Shown in pieces: positions 46,030 to 54,839 of a stretch of DNA of 64,000 nt. Source of the stretch: an uncultured Dehalococcoidales bacterium. GTDB taxonomy: Bacteria; Chloroflexota; Dehalococcoidia; Dehalococcoidales; UBA2162. Both the position numbers and the translations under genes were made by a program. The stretch covers positions 64,686-128,685 of the forward strand of contig CAYVOV010000009.1 of the NCBI GenBank assembly GCA_964453525.1, given 5' to 3'. Below the pieces are notes generated by a model, which was not told the origin of the DNA, did no database searches, and was given only the letters and a program-made list of their open reading frames with translations. Every line of letters begins with the position of its first letter. Positions within the stretch are counted from its first letter, which is position 1.

Positions 46030-47496
46030 ATGATTGAGAAAGGGAAACTTGTGAAAATTGTCGGGGCAGACAACGTGAGCTATGACCGGGCGGCGCTGGA
46101 TGAATACTCCAGGGATATGAGTTTCGTTAACAAGGTAAGGCCGGTGTGCGTGGTGAAACCGGCAAATGCCGGAGAGGTGCAAAAGATAGTCAACCTTGCC
46201 AATGAGACTTTAACCCCGCTGGTACCGGTGAGTTCGGGGCCACCGCATTTCAGGGGTGATACCGTTCCCGGTACCGGTGGAGCAGTAATAGTGGATTTAA
46301 GCCGGATGAAAAAGATTATCAATGTTGACCGGGCGCGTCGGGTCGCCATGGTCGAGCCGGGCGTAACCTTCGGTGAACTCATACCGGCGGTGAAAAAGGT
46401 AAATCTCAGGCTCAACATGCCATTGCTACCGCGGAGGTCGAAGACCGTCATCGGCAGCATGCTGGAGAGGGAGCCTGTAATAATGCCCAGGTATCAATGG
46501 GATATATCAGACCCGCTGGCCTGTGTCGAGGTAATCTTCGGAGGTGGTGATGAGTTCAGGACCGGGCAGGCGGCCGGACCGGGTACTGTAGAAGAACAGT
46601 GGGCAGTCGGGGGCATGCAAAAAGCACCGTATGGGCCCGGTACGGCTTCCTGGCACAGGCTTATCCAGGGAGCACAGGGGACAATGGGCATCGTGACCTG
46701 GGCTTCGATGAGGTGTGAAATACTCCCCAGACTTGAAGAGCCTTTTGTGGTTGGCTCCTCCAACCTCGGTTCGCTGCTGGAACTGACTTCCTGGCTGATA
46801 AGACTGAGAATGGTCAACGAATGCTTTATACTCAATAACACCAACCTGGCGGCTATCTTTACCAGAAAAGGGCCCCGGGACTACCAGAGCCTCAGGGATA
46901 CTCTACCTGCCTGGACTCTTTTCTATACCGTAGCCGGCTACGAGTACTTCCCGGAGGAAAGGATTGGCTCTCATATTAAAGGCATCACTGATATAACCCA
47001 GAGATTGGGGGTGGAAGCGGTAAAGGCTGCTGGCGGAGTTTCAGCGAATGAAATATTGAAAACGGTCCAGCAGCCTTCCGCCGAGCCTTACTGGAAGCTG
47101 CGCTATAAAGGTGCCTGCCAGGATATATTCTTTTTGACCATCAATGATAAGCTCGAAGGTCAAATCGGGGTTATGAATGACCTGGCTGAAAAAGCCGGCT
47201 ATCCCACTTCGGACCTGGGTGTTTACCTTCAGCCGATAGTACAGGGCACCAGCTGTCACTGCGAGTTCAATCTTTTTTATGAGCCCGGAAATCCGGGTGA
47301 GCTAAACCGAGTCAGGGAGTTATCCACTTCATCTGTTAAGAGCTTAATAGCTAAGGACGCATTCTTCTCCAGGCCTTACGGGGAAAGTGCCGGGGTGATT
47401 GTTAATAGAGATGCAGCTACTGTGGCTGTTTTAAACAAGCTTAAGAAGATATTTGACCCGAATAATGTCATGAATCCGGGAAAAGTGTGCTTTTAA
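46030..47496 (+). CDS. FAD-binding (FAD_binding_4 / GlcD-family) oxidoreductase
   Basis: N-terminal PCMH-type FAD domain (VVKPANAGEVQKIV...PVSSGPPHFRG) and C-terminal FDPNNVMNPGK. Confidence 0.85.
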   Translation: MIEKGKLVKIVGADNVSYDRAALDEYSRDMSFVNKVRPVCVVKPANAGEVQKIVNLANETLTPLVPVSSGPPHFRGDTVPGTGGAVIVDLSRMKKIINVDRARRVAMVEPGVTFGELIPAVKKVNLRLNMPLLPRRSKTVIGSMLEREPVIMPRYQWDISDPLACVEVIFGGGDEFRTGQAAGPGTVEEQWAVGGMQKAPYGPGTASWHRLIQGAQGTMGIVTWASMRCEILPRLEEPFVVGSSNLGSLLELTSWLIRLRMVNECFILNNTNLAAIFTRKGPRDYQSLRDTLPAWTLFYTVAGYEYFPEERIGSHIKGITDITQRLGVEAVKAAGGVSANEILKTVQQPSAEPYWKLRYKGACQDIFFLTINDKLEGQIGVMNDLAEKAGYPTSDLGVYLQPIVQGTSCHCEFNLFYEPGNPGELNRVRELSTSSVKSLIAKDAFFSRPYGESAGVIVNRDAATVAVLNKLKKIFDPNNVMNPGKVCF

Positions 47497-47548
47497 CCCA
47501 TATGAAAAATGGATATCGGTCACTGAATAATATCAGGAAGGAGCAAAG

Positions 47549-48814
47549 ATGGGACTGGAACAATATAAGGGTGATATGGAGATGTGCTGCCGGTGTTCGT
47601 GCTGCAAATTTATACCCATGCAAAAGGTGCAGGGCGAGCAGTATGCAAATGTGTGTCCCAGCATTGCCAGATACAATTACCATGCCTACTCAGGCGGAGG
47701 AAGACTGAATATCGGAGCGGCGATGTTGAAGAACGGGTTCAAATACACGGATAAGCTCCTTGATATAGTCTACAACTGCCAGATGTGCGGCGCCTGCGGT
47801 GTCTCGTGTAATTATGCCATGGATATGGAAGTCATGGAGCCCATCACCGAATTCAGACTCAAGTGCGTCGAGGACGGTAAAACCAATCCTGCTCCCGACA
47901 AGGTAATCGCCGGTCTCCGTAAGCAGGACACGATGGTACCCGCCAGGGGCAAACGCGGCGACTGGGCAACAGGCCTGGACCTGAAGGACGCCACCAGGGA
48001 GAAAGTGGACGTGCTCTATCACGTCGGCTGTCTGACCAGCTACGACAAGGACATGCAGAAGCTGGCCAAAGCCACCGTGAAAATATTGCAGAAGGCGGGC
48101 GTAAACTTCGGCATCGCCGGTAATGCCGAGACATGCTGCGGCGGCCGGGCTTACCAGATGGGCTATAAAGAAGACTTCCTCAACCAGGCTAAAAAGAACA
48201 TGGATATGATTAAGAAAGCCGGTATCAAGACAGTCGTGACAGGCTGCGCCGACGGGTATCAGGCATTTAAGGTGCTCTACGACAAGTACAACCTGAAGGG
48301 CGACCTCGAAGTGCTGCATATCTCGGAATACATCAGCAAACTGATAAAGGACGGCGGACTGAAGCCACGGAGGAAAGTCAATATCGCTGTCACCTATCAT
48401 GACCCGTGCCGTCTCGGCCGGCTGGGAGAGCCGTGGATACACTGGGAAGGGAAAAAGGTGCCGGGGGACAGGTTCGTCTTTGACCCGCCGAAGATATACC
48501 GGCGCGGTACACACGGTGTCTACGAACCGCCCCGGGACGTTCTCAGGAGCATTCCCGGCATAAAACTCACCGAAATGACTAGGATTAAGGAATATTCCTG
48601 GTGCTGCGGAGCCGGTGGCGGCGTCAATGAATCGAATCCAGGGTTTGCTAGATGGACTGCCCGGGAGAGAATCGAAGAAGCCGCGTCTACCGGTGCCGGG
48701 GCTATTGTTACCGCCTGTCCCTGGTGTGAAAAAACCTTTAATGAAGCAATCAGGGAAAGCGGCAGCAGCCTGAAGGTGTACGATATAGTTGAAATCGTAG
48801 AAAAGGCAATATAG
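47549..48814 (+). CDS. (Fe-S)-binding protein with CCG domains (GlcF/HdrD-like)
   Basis: CxxCxxC clusters (CCRCSCC, CQMCGACGVSC) and two CCG motifs (ETCCGG, SWCCGAGGG). Confidence 0.85.
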   Translation: MGLEQYKGDMEMCCRCSCCKFIPMQKVQGEQYANVCPSIARYNYHAYSGGGRLNIGAAMLKNGFKYTDKLLDIVYNCQMCGACGVSCNYAMDMEVMEPITEFRLKCVEDGKTNPAPDKVIAGLRKQDTMVPARGKRGDWATGLDLKDATREKVDVLYHVGCLTSYDKDMQKLAKATVKILQKAGVNFGIAGNAETCCGGRAYQMGYKEDFLNQAKKNMDMIKKAGIKTVVTGCADGYQAFKVLYDKYNLKGDLEVLHISEYISKLIKDGGLKPRRKVNIAVTYHDPCRLGRLGEPWIHWEGKKVPGDRFVFDPPKIYRRGTHGVYEPPRDVLRSIPGIKLTEMTRIKEYSWCCGAGGGVNESNPGFARWTARERIEEAASTGAGAIVTACPWCEKTFNEAIRESGSSLKVYDIVEIVEKAI

Positions 48815-48842
48815 GAAATGAAGAGTTTAGCAATAGTCCGGT

Positions 48843-49039
48843 GTCATTCTGCCCTTTGTCAAGTATGTAGTAAACTACAGCGGGAACCCGGAATTTCTAC
48901 ACTGTCATTCCCGCACCGTAAAAAGCACGGGGTAAACTCCAAGCGGGAATCAAGTACTACCACGCCGTCATTCCAGCGGAAGCTGGAATCCAGCGGGGGA
49001 AAACGGGGTCTGGATTCTCGGGTCAAGCCCGAGAATGAC
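48843..49039. repeat. array of 'gtcattcc...ggaatc / attctc...gagaatgac' hairpin units
   Basis: gtcattcccgcaccgtaaaaagcacggggtaaactccaagcgggaatc; gtcattccagcggaagctggaatc; tggattctcgggtcaagcccgagaatgac. Confidence 0.85.
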
Positions 49040-49074
49040 ATCAAGCAGCAATCTCGAAAGGGGGATAATGAATC

Positions 49075-50538
49075 ATGACTTTAAGCAAAGAAGTATATAA
49101 AGAGTTCGAAGATGTGGTGGGAGAGGAGAATATCTGTGATGACCCGGCAATAATGCCAGCCTATCATTCGGCTGAGCTCGAAGCCGTAATTCTTCCGGGG
49201 AACACGGCGGAAGTTCAGACTGTAGTAAAGCTATGTAACAAACACAAGTTACGATTCAGACCGGTATGCACGGGCTGGACGGGGCTGTTCCCCAAGGGAA
49301 TCGTCTATCTGGACCTCCGAAGGATGAATCACATAATTGAAATCAACGAGAAAAACATGTACGCCGTGGTTGAGCCGTACGTGATTTCAGCGCAGTTGCA
49401 GGCTGAGTTGATGAAAAGGGGATTGAATTTCTGCATTAAAGGGGCCGGGACTAACTGCACGGCGCTTCTCAGGGGTCACGGGCACATGGACCAGACAACA
49501 AGCGGCGATGACAGAAACCATCTGGCTATAGAATGGGTAACTCCTGAAGGGGATATCGTCAGGACAGGTTCGCTGGGGTCTTCGGATGAGTGGTACTGTG
49601 GTGACGGGCCGGGTCCTTCGGTAAGGAGCATAATTTCCAGTGCCGTGCCGCCGGGGGTAACGCCGGGCGTTTTTACCAAGGCTGCAATGAAGCTCTATCA
49701 CTGGCCGGGGCCCGCAAGATTCCCGGTAGAAGGAGTATCACCGTATTACTCCCTGAGCGAGATACCGCCGAATTTAATGGTGCGATATTTCAGCTTCCCG
49801 TCGGTAGAGAAAATGTGGGAGGCAGAGCTGAAGATAGGCGAGAGTGAAATAGCCTACGAGCTGATGGGTTTTAATGCGTCAATGGTAGCGGCGAATATAA
49901 CAACGAGCAATGAAGAGGAGGAGGAAACCTTCAATCGACTGAACAAGGCAGTGCAGGGACCCGGCTTCATGGTGATAATAGCCGGCAACTCACCGGAAGA
50001 CTTTGAATATAAGAAAAAAGTATTATGGCAGATTATCAGTGAAACTGACGGGGAGTCTTTAAAAGAGGCAGAAGACCCCGGGATTGAAGGTATTCTGCTG
50101 TGTCAGTGTATAAGAATCTCTGCCTCAATCAGGGAGACATTCCGTAACGGAGGAGCTTTTAATTCGATTCCTATCATGGGCCAGAGAGACCTGATGATAA
50201 AGTGGGCGATTGGAGCCGGTAAAGCCAAGGAGCCTTTGATAGAAAAGGGGCTGATAATGGATGACGGCGGAGCCTTTTTCGGTTGGGGAGTGGAACAGGG
50301 GCATCTTGGCAAGACGGAAATATTCTGCAAATACGACCCTCTCAATCCTGAAGCGAAGAAAGCCGTAGAAGGGTGGCAGAAAGAGCAGAGTACCAGGGCT
50401 TTTAATGAACGCTACTTCGCCATGGGACCGATTAATGAGATAGGACCAAGCATATCCAATTACCATTTGTGGTGGAGGGAGCTTATAAAAGCGCTTGACC
50501 CGAATGGTGTATCACCGGAGGGAGGGGCACTTGTCTAG
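49075..50538 (+). CDS. FAD-binding oxidoreductase (second, divergent)
   Basis: PCMH-type FAD domain (VILPGNTAEVQTVVKLCNKH...) and C-terminal LDPNGV. Confidence 0.8.
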   Translation: MTLSKEVYKEFEDVVGEENICDDPAIMPAYHSAELEAVILPGNTAEVQTVVKLCNKHKLRFRPVCTGWTGLFPKGIVYLDLRRMNHIIEINEKNMYAVVEPYVISAQLQAELMKRGLNFCIKGAGTNCTALLRGHGHMDQTTSGDDRNHLAIEWVTPEGDIVRTGSLGSSDEWYCGDGPGPSVRSIISSAVPPGVTPGVFTKAAMKLYHWPGPARFPVEGVSPYYSLSEIPPNLMVRYFSFPSVEKMWEAELKIGESEIAYELMGFNASMVAANITTSNEEEEETFNRLNKAVQGPGFMVIIAGNSPEDFEYKKKVLWQIISETDGESLKEAEDPGIEGILLCQCIRISASIRETFRNGGAFNSIPIMGQRDLMIKWAIGAGKAKEPLIEKGLIMDDGGAFFGWGVEQGHLGKTEIFCKYDPLNPEAKKAVEGWQKEQSTRAFNERYFAMGPINEIGPSISNYHLWWRELIKALDPNGVSPEGGALV

Positions 50539-50662
50539 TTTTCATTAATGGGGAGATATATAGCCGTACCCACAGACTTGAGATTTGGTGTCCGGACTGG
50601 CGTAAATACGGGCTTTGCCGCTATAATACTTTTGTTTCGAGGAAAGAAAAGGAAGGTGAGAA

Positions 50663-51214
50663 ATGGCTGAGACCTATGATGTTTCAATCAAGTTAATTGG
50701 CAACCGGAATCCCTGCCATATCGGGCACAAGGTTGGTGACGAGTGGCTCTGGACGGGGAAAACACCGGCCGGTATGTGCTTCGCGGCGTTTAATTCCATT
50801 TACCCGTTTGCCCGGGTGATCAAGTACGGCGGCAGTTTCCCCTGGCAGGATGACCCGGACGTAGTTACAGCGTCATGCCCGGACAGTGAGGTTGTTAATG
50901 TATTCGAGATAAAGCGGATACCGGCAAAGGGAGAAAAGTCCGAGAACTACGATATCGAAATTAAACTGGTCGGCAAAGGTACCGAGAATCCGTGCGGTAA
51001 CGGGCACAAGATAGGAGATGAGTGGCTCCTGCAGAACAAGACACCGGAGAACCTGTGCCCCTCCGCCTACAGAAGCATTTTCAATTCGGCGCTGGTGCTG
51101 GAGTTCGGCGGTACTTTTCCCTGGCAGAGTGACCCGGATGTGACGACTGTATCATGCCCCGACCCAAATGTGGCTAACCGGTTCGAGATAAGACGAATAC
51201 CCAGAGAAAAGTAA
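50663..51214 (+). CDS. tandem-duplicated TIGR04076-like protein
   Basis: Two ~90-aa halves each carry PCxxGHKxGDEWL...GGxFPWQxDPDVxTxSCPDxxVxNxFEIxRIP. Confidence 0.7.
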   Translation: MAETYDVSIKLIGNRNPCHIGHKVGDEWLWTGKTPAGMCFAAFNSIYPFARVIKYGGSFPWQDDPDVVTASCPDSEVVNVFEIKRIPAKGEKSENYDIEIKLVGKGTENPCGNGHKIGDEWLLQNKTPENLCPSAYRSIFNSALVLEFGGTFPWQSDPDVTTVSCPDPNVANRFEIRRIPREK

Positions 51215-51226
51215 TTCTGTATGCCC

Positions 51227-51311
51227 GGAGGGGTGTCCGAGAGGCCTAAGGAGGCGGTCTTGAAAACCGCTGTCCCGCAAGGGACCGTGGGTTCGAATCC
51301 CACCCCCTCCG
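51227..51311 (+). tRNA. tRNA-Ser (anticodon UGA)
   Basis: Acceptor GGAGGGG/CCCCTCC with discriminator G. Anticodon arm GCGGT-CTTGAAA-ACCGC. Long variable arm tgtcccgcaagggaccg. T arm GTGGG-TTCGAAT-CCCAC. CCA is not encoded. Confidence 0.93.
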
Positions 51312-51418
51312 CCGTTTATGAAGCTAAAATGCCCTTGATCATAATATTAAGACCAGGGGCTTTATTGTTTTTGCTAACCAATTGCTAACGGGGATATCAT
51401 TGTAGAATATATGTTATA

Positions 51419-51448
51419 TTGGACAAATTTTGACTAAGATAATATAAT
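51419..51448 (+). promoter_or_regulatory. sigma70-like promoter candidate for the STAND gene
   Basis: TTGGAC-N18-TATAAT, ~95 nt upstream of ATG 51542. Confidence 0.35.
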
Positions 51449-51541
51449 CTGGTTTACAGAAATCGGTTACATAATAATGAAAGATGAAGATTGGACGATT
51501 GAGAAACCTATCTTCAACAGAATAACCCGGGAAGGGGAAAT

Positions 51542-54500
51542 ATGCTAAGGCTGCATTTATGTCAAATCTGGTATAACCCAGCATATTATGATGATGGTTT
51601 TGACCTTTTGGAAGAGCCAACAATTAATTTAGAGACACAGAATTCTTTGGGAAATTTAAGGGCTTTAGAACAAGTGAGATCATTGCTTGCTGAACAACGC
51701 AGTCAATATATTCAATATATTAAGGAGAAGATTCGAAATATTATTAGGTGGTGTGGAACAAGAGAGGCTGAAATAATTGTTTTTCCTGAGTACTCAGTAC
51801 CACTCGAAATACTCCAAGAAGTCAGAGAACTCGCAATGGGTGAAGGTATAAATATAGTAGCTGGTACTCATAGAGTGAGATTTACTCAATCAACTCAAGA
51901 TATTTATACTGAAATTGGAATCGATACAAGCAATTTCCCTAATGGTTCAGCATTGGCAGTAGTGATATGTTCATCTGGAGAAGTGCTTGTTTCTACTAAG
52001 AAATCGAAGTCCAAATGGGAACCAAATCTGAACGTTGATTCCGAAATTGATAACACCCATGAAATTGAATTTAAAGATTCTAAGCTGAAAGTATGTGTTG
52101 CACCATGTATTGATTCATTAAATCTCGATACTATTAGTATGTTTTGGAAAGCTGAAATAGGTGTTCCAGATTTAATAGTCTGTCCGTCTTTGTCGCCATA
52201 TACAGAAATGTTCGATAATGCAGGAGGCATATTTTCAAGCCAAGAAAAAGTATTCGCGTTGGTGAATTCTGCAGAATATGGAGGTACGGGATATAACATA
52301 CCAGAACAATGGTTGCCATATCTTTCTGGAAATTCACCTCTCCATCAAAAATTACCATCATCAGTGGAAGCTGTTTTTGAACTCGATGTGGATATAAATT
52401 CATTCTTCTTGAAGAAAGGAACTGTAATTTCAAAGCCTCCTTGTAGTCATCCAGTGATATTCCCATTTGCATATGAGAAAAACAATCAATGGCTAGAAAA
52501 CTATGGAAAAATAAAAGAGGAAGTAATTCAGTTAGTTAGTGAAAATGACTATGATGATGCTATCGACTGGATAGATAGCGCATTATCTGAACAGACTATT
52601 CCATTTCCGGATATTATTGTGGAGAAGCTAAAGGATATAAGGCACCGACGTATTCCTCTTTATTCTGGCGATATGGATGCATTGAAGGATTCTTTTGAAT
52701 TGGTGACAATTAATGATAGTACCGAGGATTCTCAGGAGTTTTATTCTAATAGAGTGGAGCGTGCTTTAGAGACACTTATTAGAGTGTTTAAAGAATCTGA
52801 TAAATCACCTTCTAAACAGTTAGTTGATACAATGAGTGCTCTGAAAGAAATCCAACTAAGATTAGGTGTGGAGAGAGCTCCTGTAAGCTCATACGGTACT
52901 CCTGAAGAGCTAGAACAGAGGCTTACTTCACTTGCATATTCGGCATCAGAATCGACAGTAGCATCATTTCAAAATAGAGGTCCGAGGTTGGATCAGCTAA
53001 GAGAAATTATTTCTCAAGGATCAGAAAGAGTTATTGTATTAACTGGTATGCCTGGTATAGGTAAAACAGACTTAGTTAAAAATTTCTTTATAAAAGTGTT
53101 CACAGATTGGCAACCTATATGGATTAATGTAGCAGAAGGTAGCACATTATCGCGTATTGTTGCTCAAATAGGTTATTCTCTTGGGGTAAAAATGGATGCG
53201 GATTCTCTTGGTAGTTCTACAGATAAAGTGTTTAGATCAAATCTTCAAAAAATATTTAGAATTCTGTTTGGTAATCAACGGATAGCATTAGTCATTGATG
53301 ACTTAAGAGATGTGAGAAGTAGTAGTCGTGACTATAAGCATCTACAAGCTTTTATAGAAGAAGCAGTTCAGGTAAAACAATATACTGGGAGTCGGATTTT
53401 TCTGATTAGTAGTATTGCAGCTCCTCCTCTTTGGATGCAACAAGCTGGTATATCTAGGATTCATATTCGAGGGCTTGAAGAAATGTATGTTAAAAGGGTG
53501 TTGGAATATCAGCTGAGATTGGCCGGTATGATATCAGACGAAACGGTGCCTGATATTCCTCAAGCTTTGCTTGACGTAATAGCAGGGCATCCTCTAACAG
53601 CAAAGATAGCAGCGATAGCAAGCGAGTCACGTGGACTTCAGTCATTGACTGAGGAAGTAGCAATGTCTGAACTAACTACAACATTAGTTAATGCTTTGCT
53701 GCCTCAAATAAGTTTGTCCTCTGAAGAATCAAAGGTTGTTAATTTAATTTCACTACTTCGACTGCCTATAGAGGTCGATCTAATAAAAGAAATAATAGAT
53801 GCAAAGAATTTATACACATTAGCTCAACGGGCAGTAATTGACTTGGATGGAAATTATTTTACGGTTCATCCTTTGATTAGAAAGTATTTCTATGATCAGA
53901 TTGTGCCTGATGATTTAAAAAATTTGCACAAGCAGGCGGCTTCTTATTATAAAAAAATAGTGCAATGGGACCGTCTGAGCAACCCAAGTAACCTTGATGC
54001 TGCTTTTGAATTGGTACATCATTTGGCTCTTGCTGGAGATTTTAGAGAATTATATGACCTGCGGAATCTAATTTATGAGGAAATATATCCGGCAGCGAAA
54101 ATTTTATACGATCAAAAACAGTATGATAATGCTCTTTCAATTTTTATTAAGTTAACAGAAATTAGACCTCATGATTTTAGAGTATGGGCTTATGTAGGGC
54201 GGTGTTATGCCCGTAAAGGTCAATGGAATGATTGTGATGAATCGTTTGAGAGGGCGATAGAATACGCAGAATTATCGAAAGAACCAACTTGGTGGTTATA
54301 CAGAGACTGGGCTCATATTCATGCGAGGTATGGACATCGTGAACGGGCTCAAAATTTATTAACGAACGCTAAAAATACAGGTGGAAGCAGCGATCCGTCA
54401 TGTCTAGCATGTCAAGCAGTCATATACTGGAGAAACAATGATAAAGAGAGAGCAGAACAAACTTTCGAAGCTGTATTGAAAATTAATGACAAGCATGCAT

Positions 54501-54649
54501 ATACACTTTTTATGTATAGTCAGTTTCTAGATGAAAAAGGTGATAAAGATTATGCAAATAGACTAAGATCTCGTTTGGAGGATATAGAGAGTGAGATGAT
54601 GCAGCCTGAACCATACGATATTGATGTTGAGATTTATGAGGATGAGTGA
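51542..54649 (+). CDS. CN-hydrolase (nitrilase-fold) - NB-ARC STAND ATPase - TPR fusion protein
   Basis: aa 1-300: IIVFPEYS (E83), KKSKSKWE, VAPCIDS (C189), in the order and context of the Glu-Lys-Cys triad. aa ~495-720: GMPGIGKT (K508), LVIDDL (D586/D587), RIFLISS, GHPLTAKI, VHPLIRKYF. aa ~780-1010: TPR-like repeats. Confidence 0.85.
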   Translation: MLRLHLCQIWYNPAYYDDGFDLLEEPTINLETQNSLGNLRALEQVRSLLAEQRSQYIQYIKEKIRNIIRWCGTREAEIIVFPEYSVPLEILQEVRELAMGEGINIVAGTHRVRFTQSTQDIYTEIGIDTSNFPNGSALAVVICSSGEVLVSTKKSKSKWEPNLNVDSEIDNTHEIEFKDSKLKVCVAPCIDSLNLDTISMFWKAEIGVPDLIVCPSLSPYTEMFDNAGGIFSSQEKVFALVNSAEYGGTGYNIPEQWLPYLSGNSPLHQKLPSSVEAVFELDVDINSFFLKKGTVISKPPCSHPVIFPFAYEKNNQWLENYGKIKEEVIQLVSENDYDDAIDWIDSALSEQTIPFPDIIVEKLKDIRHRRIPLYSGDMDALKDSFELVTINDSTEDSQEFYSNRVERALETLIRVFKESDKSPSKQLVDTMSALKEIQLRLGVERAPVSSYGTPEELEQRLTSLAYSASESTVASFQNRGPRLDQLREIISQGSERVIVLTGMPGIGKTDLVKNFFIKVFTDWQPIWINVAEGSTLSRIVAQIGYSLGVKMDADSLGSSTDKVFRSNLQKIFRILFGNQRIALVIDDLRDVRSSSRDYKHLQAFIEEAVQVKQYTGSRIFLISSIAAPPLWMQQAGISRIHIRGLEEMYVKRVLEYQLRLAGMISDETVPDIPQALLDVIAGHPLTAKIAAIASESRGLQSLTEEVAMSELTTTLVNALLPQISLSSEESKVVNLISLLRLPIEVDLIKEIIDAKNLYTLAQRAVIDLDGNYFTVHPLIRKYFYDQIVPDDLKNLHKQAASYYKKIVQWDRLSNPSNLDAAFELVHHLALAGDFRELYDLRNLIYEEIYPAAKILYDQKQYDNALSIFIKLTEIRPHDFRVWAYVGRCYARKGQWNDCDESFERAIEYAELSKEPTWWLYRDWAHIHARYGHRERAQNLLTNAKNTGGSSDPSCLACQAVIYWRNNDKERAEQTFEAVLKINDKHAYTLFMYSQFLDEKGDKDYANRLRSRLEDIESEMMQPEPYDIDVEIYEDE

Positions 54650-54650
54650 G

Positions 54651-54839
54651 TTAATCTACAGTTTTAGTTTTTTCAAATATGAATTCATCAAAACGAATAG
54701 CTGCGGCTTCTTGTAATCCTAGAGCAACATGTGAATAGGTATCTAAAGTTATAGCGATAGTCGAATGTCCTAATCTTTTCTGGACAATTTTCGGGTGAAT
54801 ACCTTGTTTCAACATTAGAGAAGCATGAGTGTGACGTGC
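54651..54839 (-). pseudogene. tyrosine recombinase/integrase, C-terminal fragment only
   Basis: The reverse-strand translation is ARHTHASLMLKQGIHPKIVQKRLGHSTIAITLDTYSHVALGLQEAAAIRFDEFIFEKTKTVD*. This is box II (RHTxAS...LGHS...Y.H). An in-frame TAG lies two codons upstream (54845-54843) and the frame has no start codon. Confidence 0.85.

Noticed and set aside
48818-49078. 86-aa ORF between the Fe-S gene and the second FAD oxidase. Similar cases: ORFs 1447..1653, 2224..2415, 23992..24276, 36094..36363, 45623..45829.
   Set aside because: All of them are read-throughs of the intergenic hairpin repeats. They give typical repeat-derived peptides such as ...SFPHRKKHGVNSKRES..., ...PSTGSGQA... and ...FDKLR.... 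There is no RBS logic and no protein-like composition.
48815-49100. A fourth 'duplicated start' flanking a repeat insertion (aaATGAAgagTTTAGCAA at 48818 versus aATGAAtcatgacTTTAaGCAA at 49067-49090).
   Set aside because: The match needs gaps and is only ~14 scattered identities, too weak to separate from chance by eye. It is worth a proper alignment but is not claimed.
51414-51623. 69-aa minus-strand ORF overlapping the start of the STAND gene, and ORF 51067..51303 overlapping tRNA-Ser.
   Set aside because: The first is antisense to the promoter/5' end of the large gene and has low-complexity AT-rich codons. The second is antisense to the TIGR04076-like gene and the tRNA.
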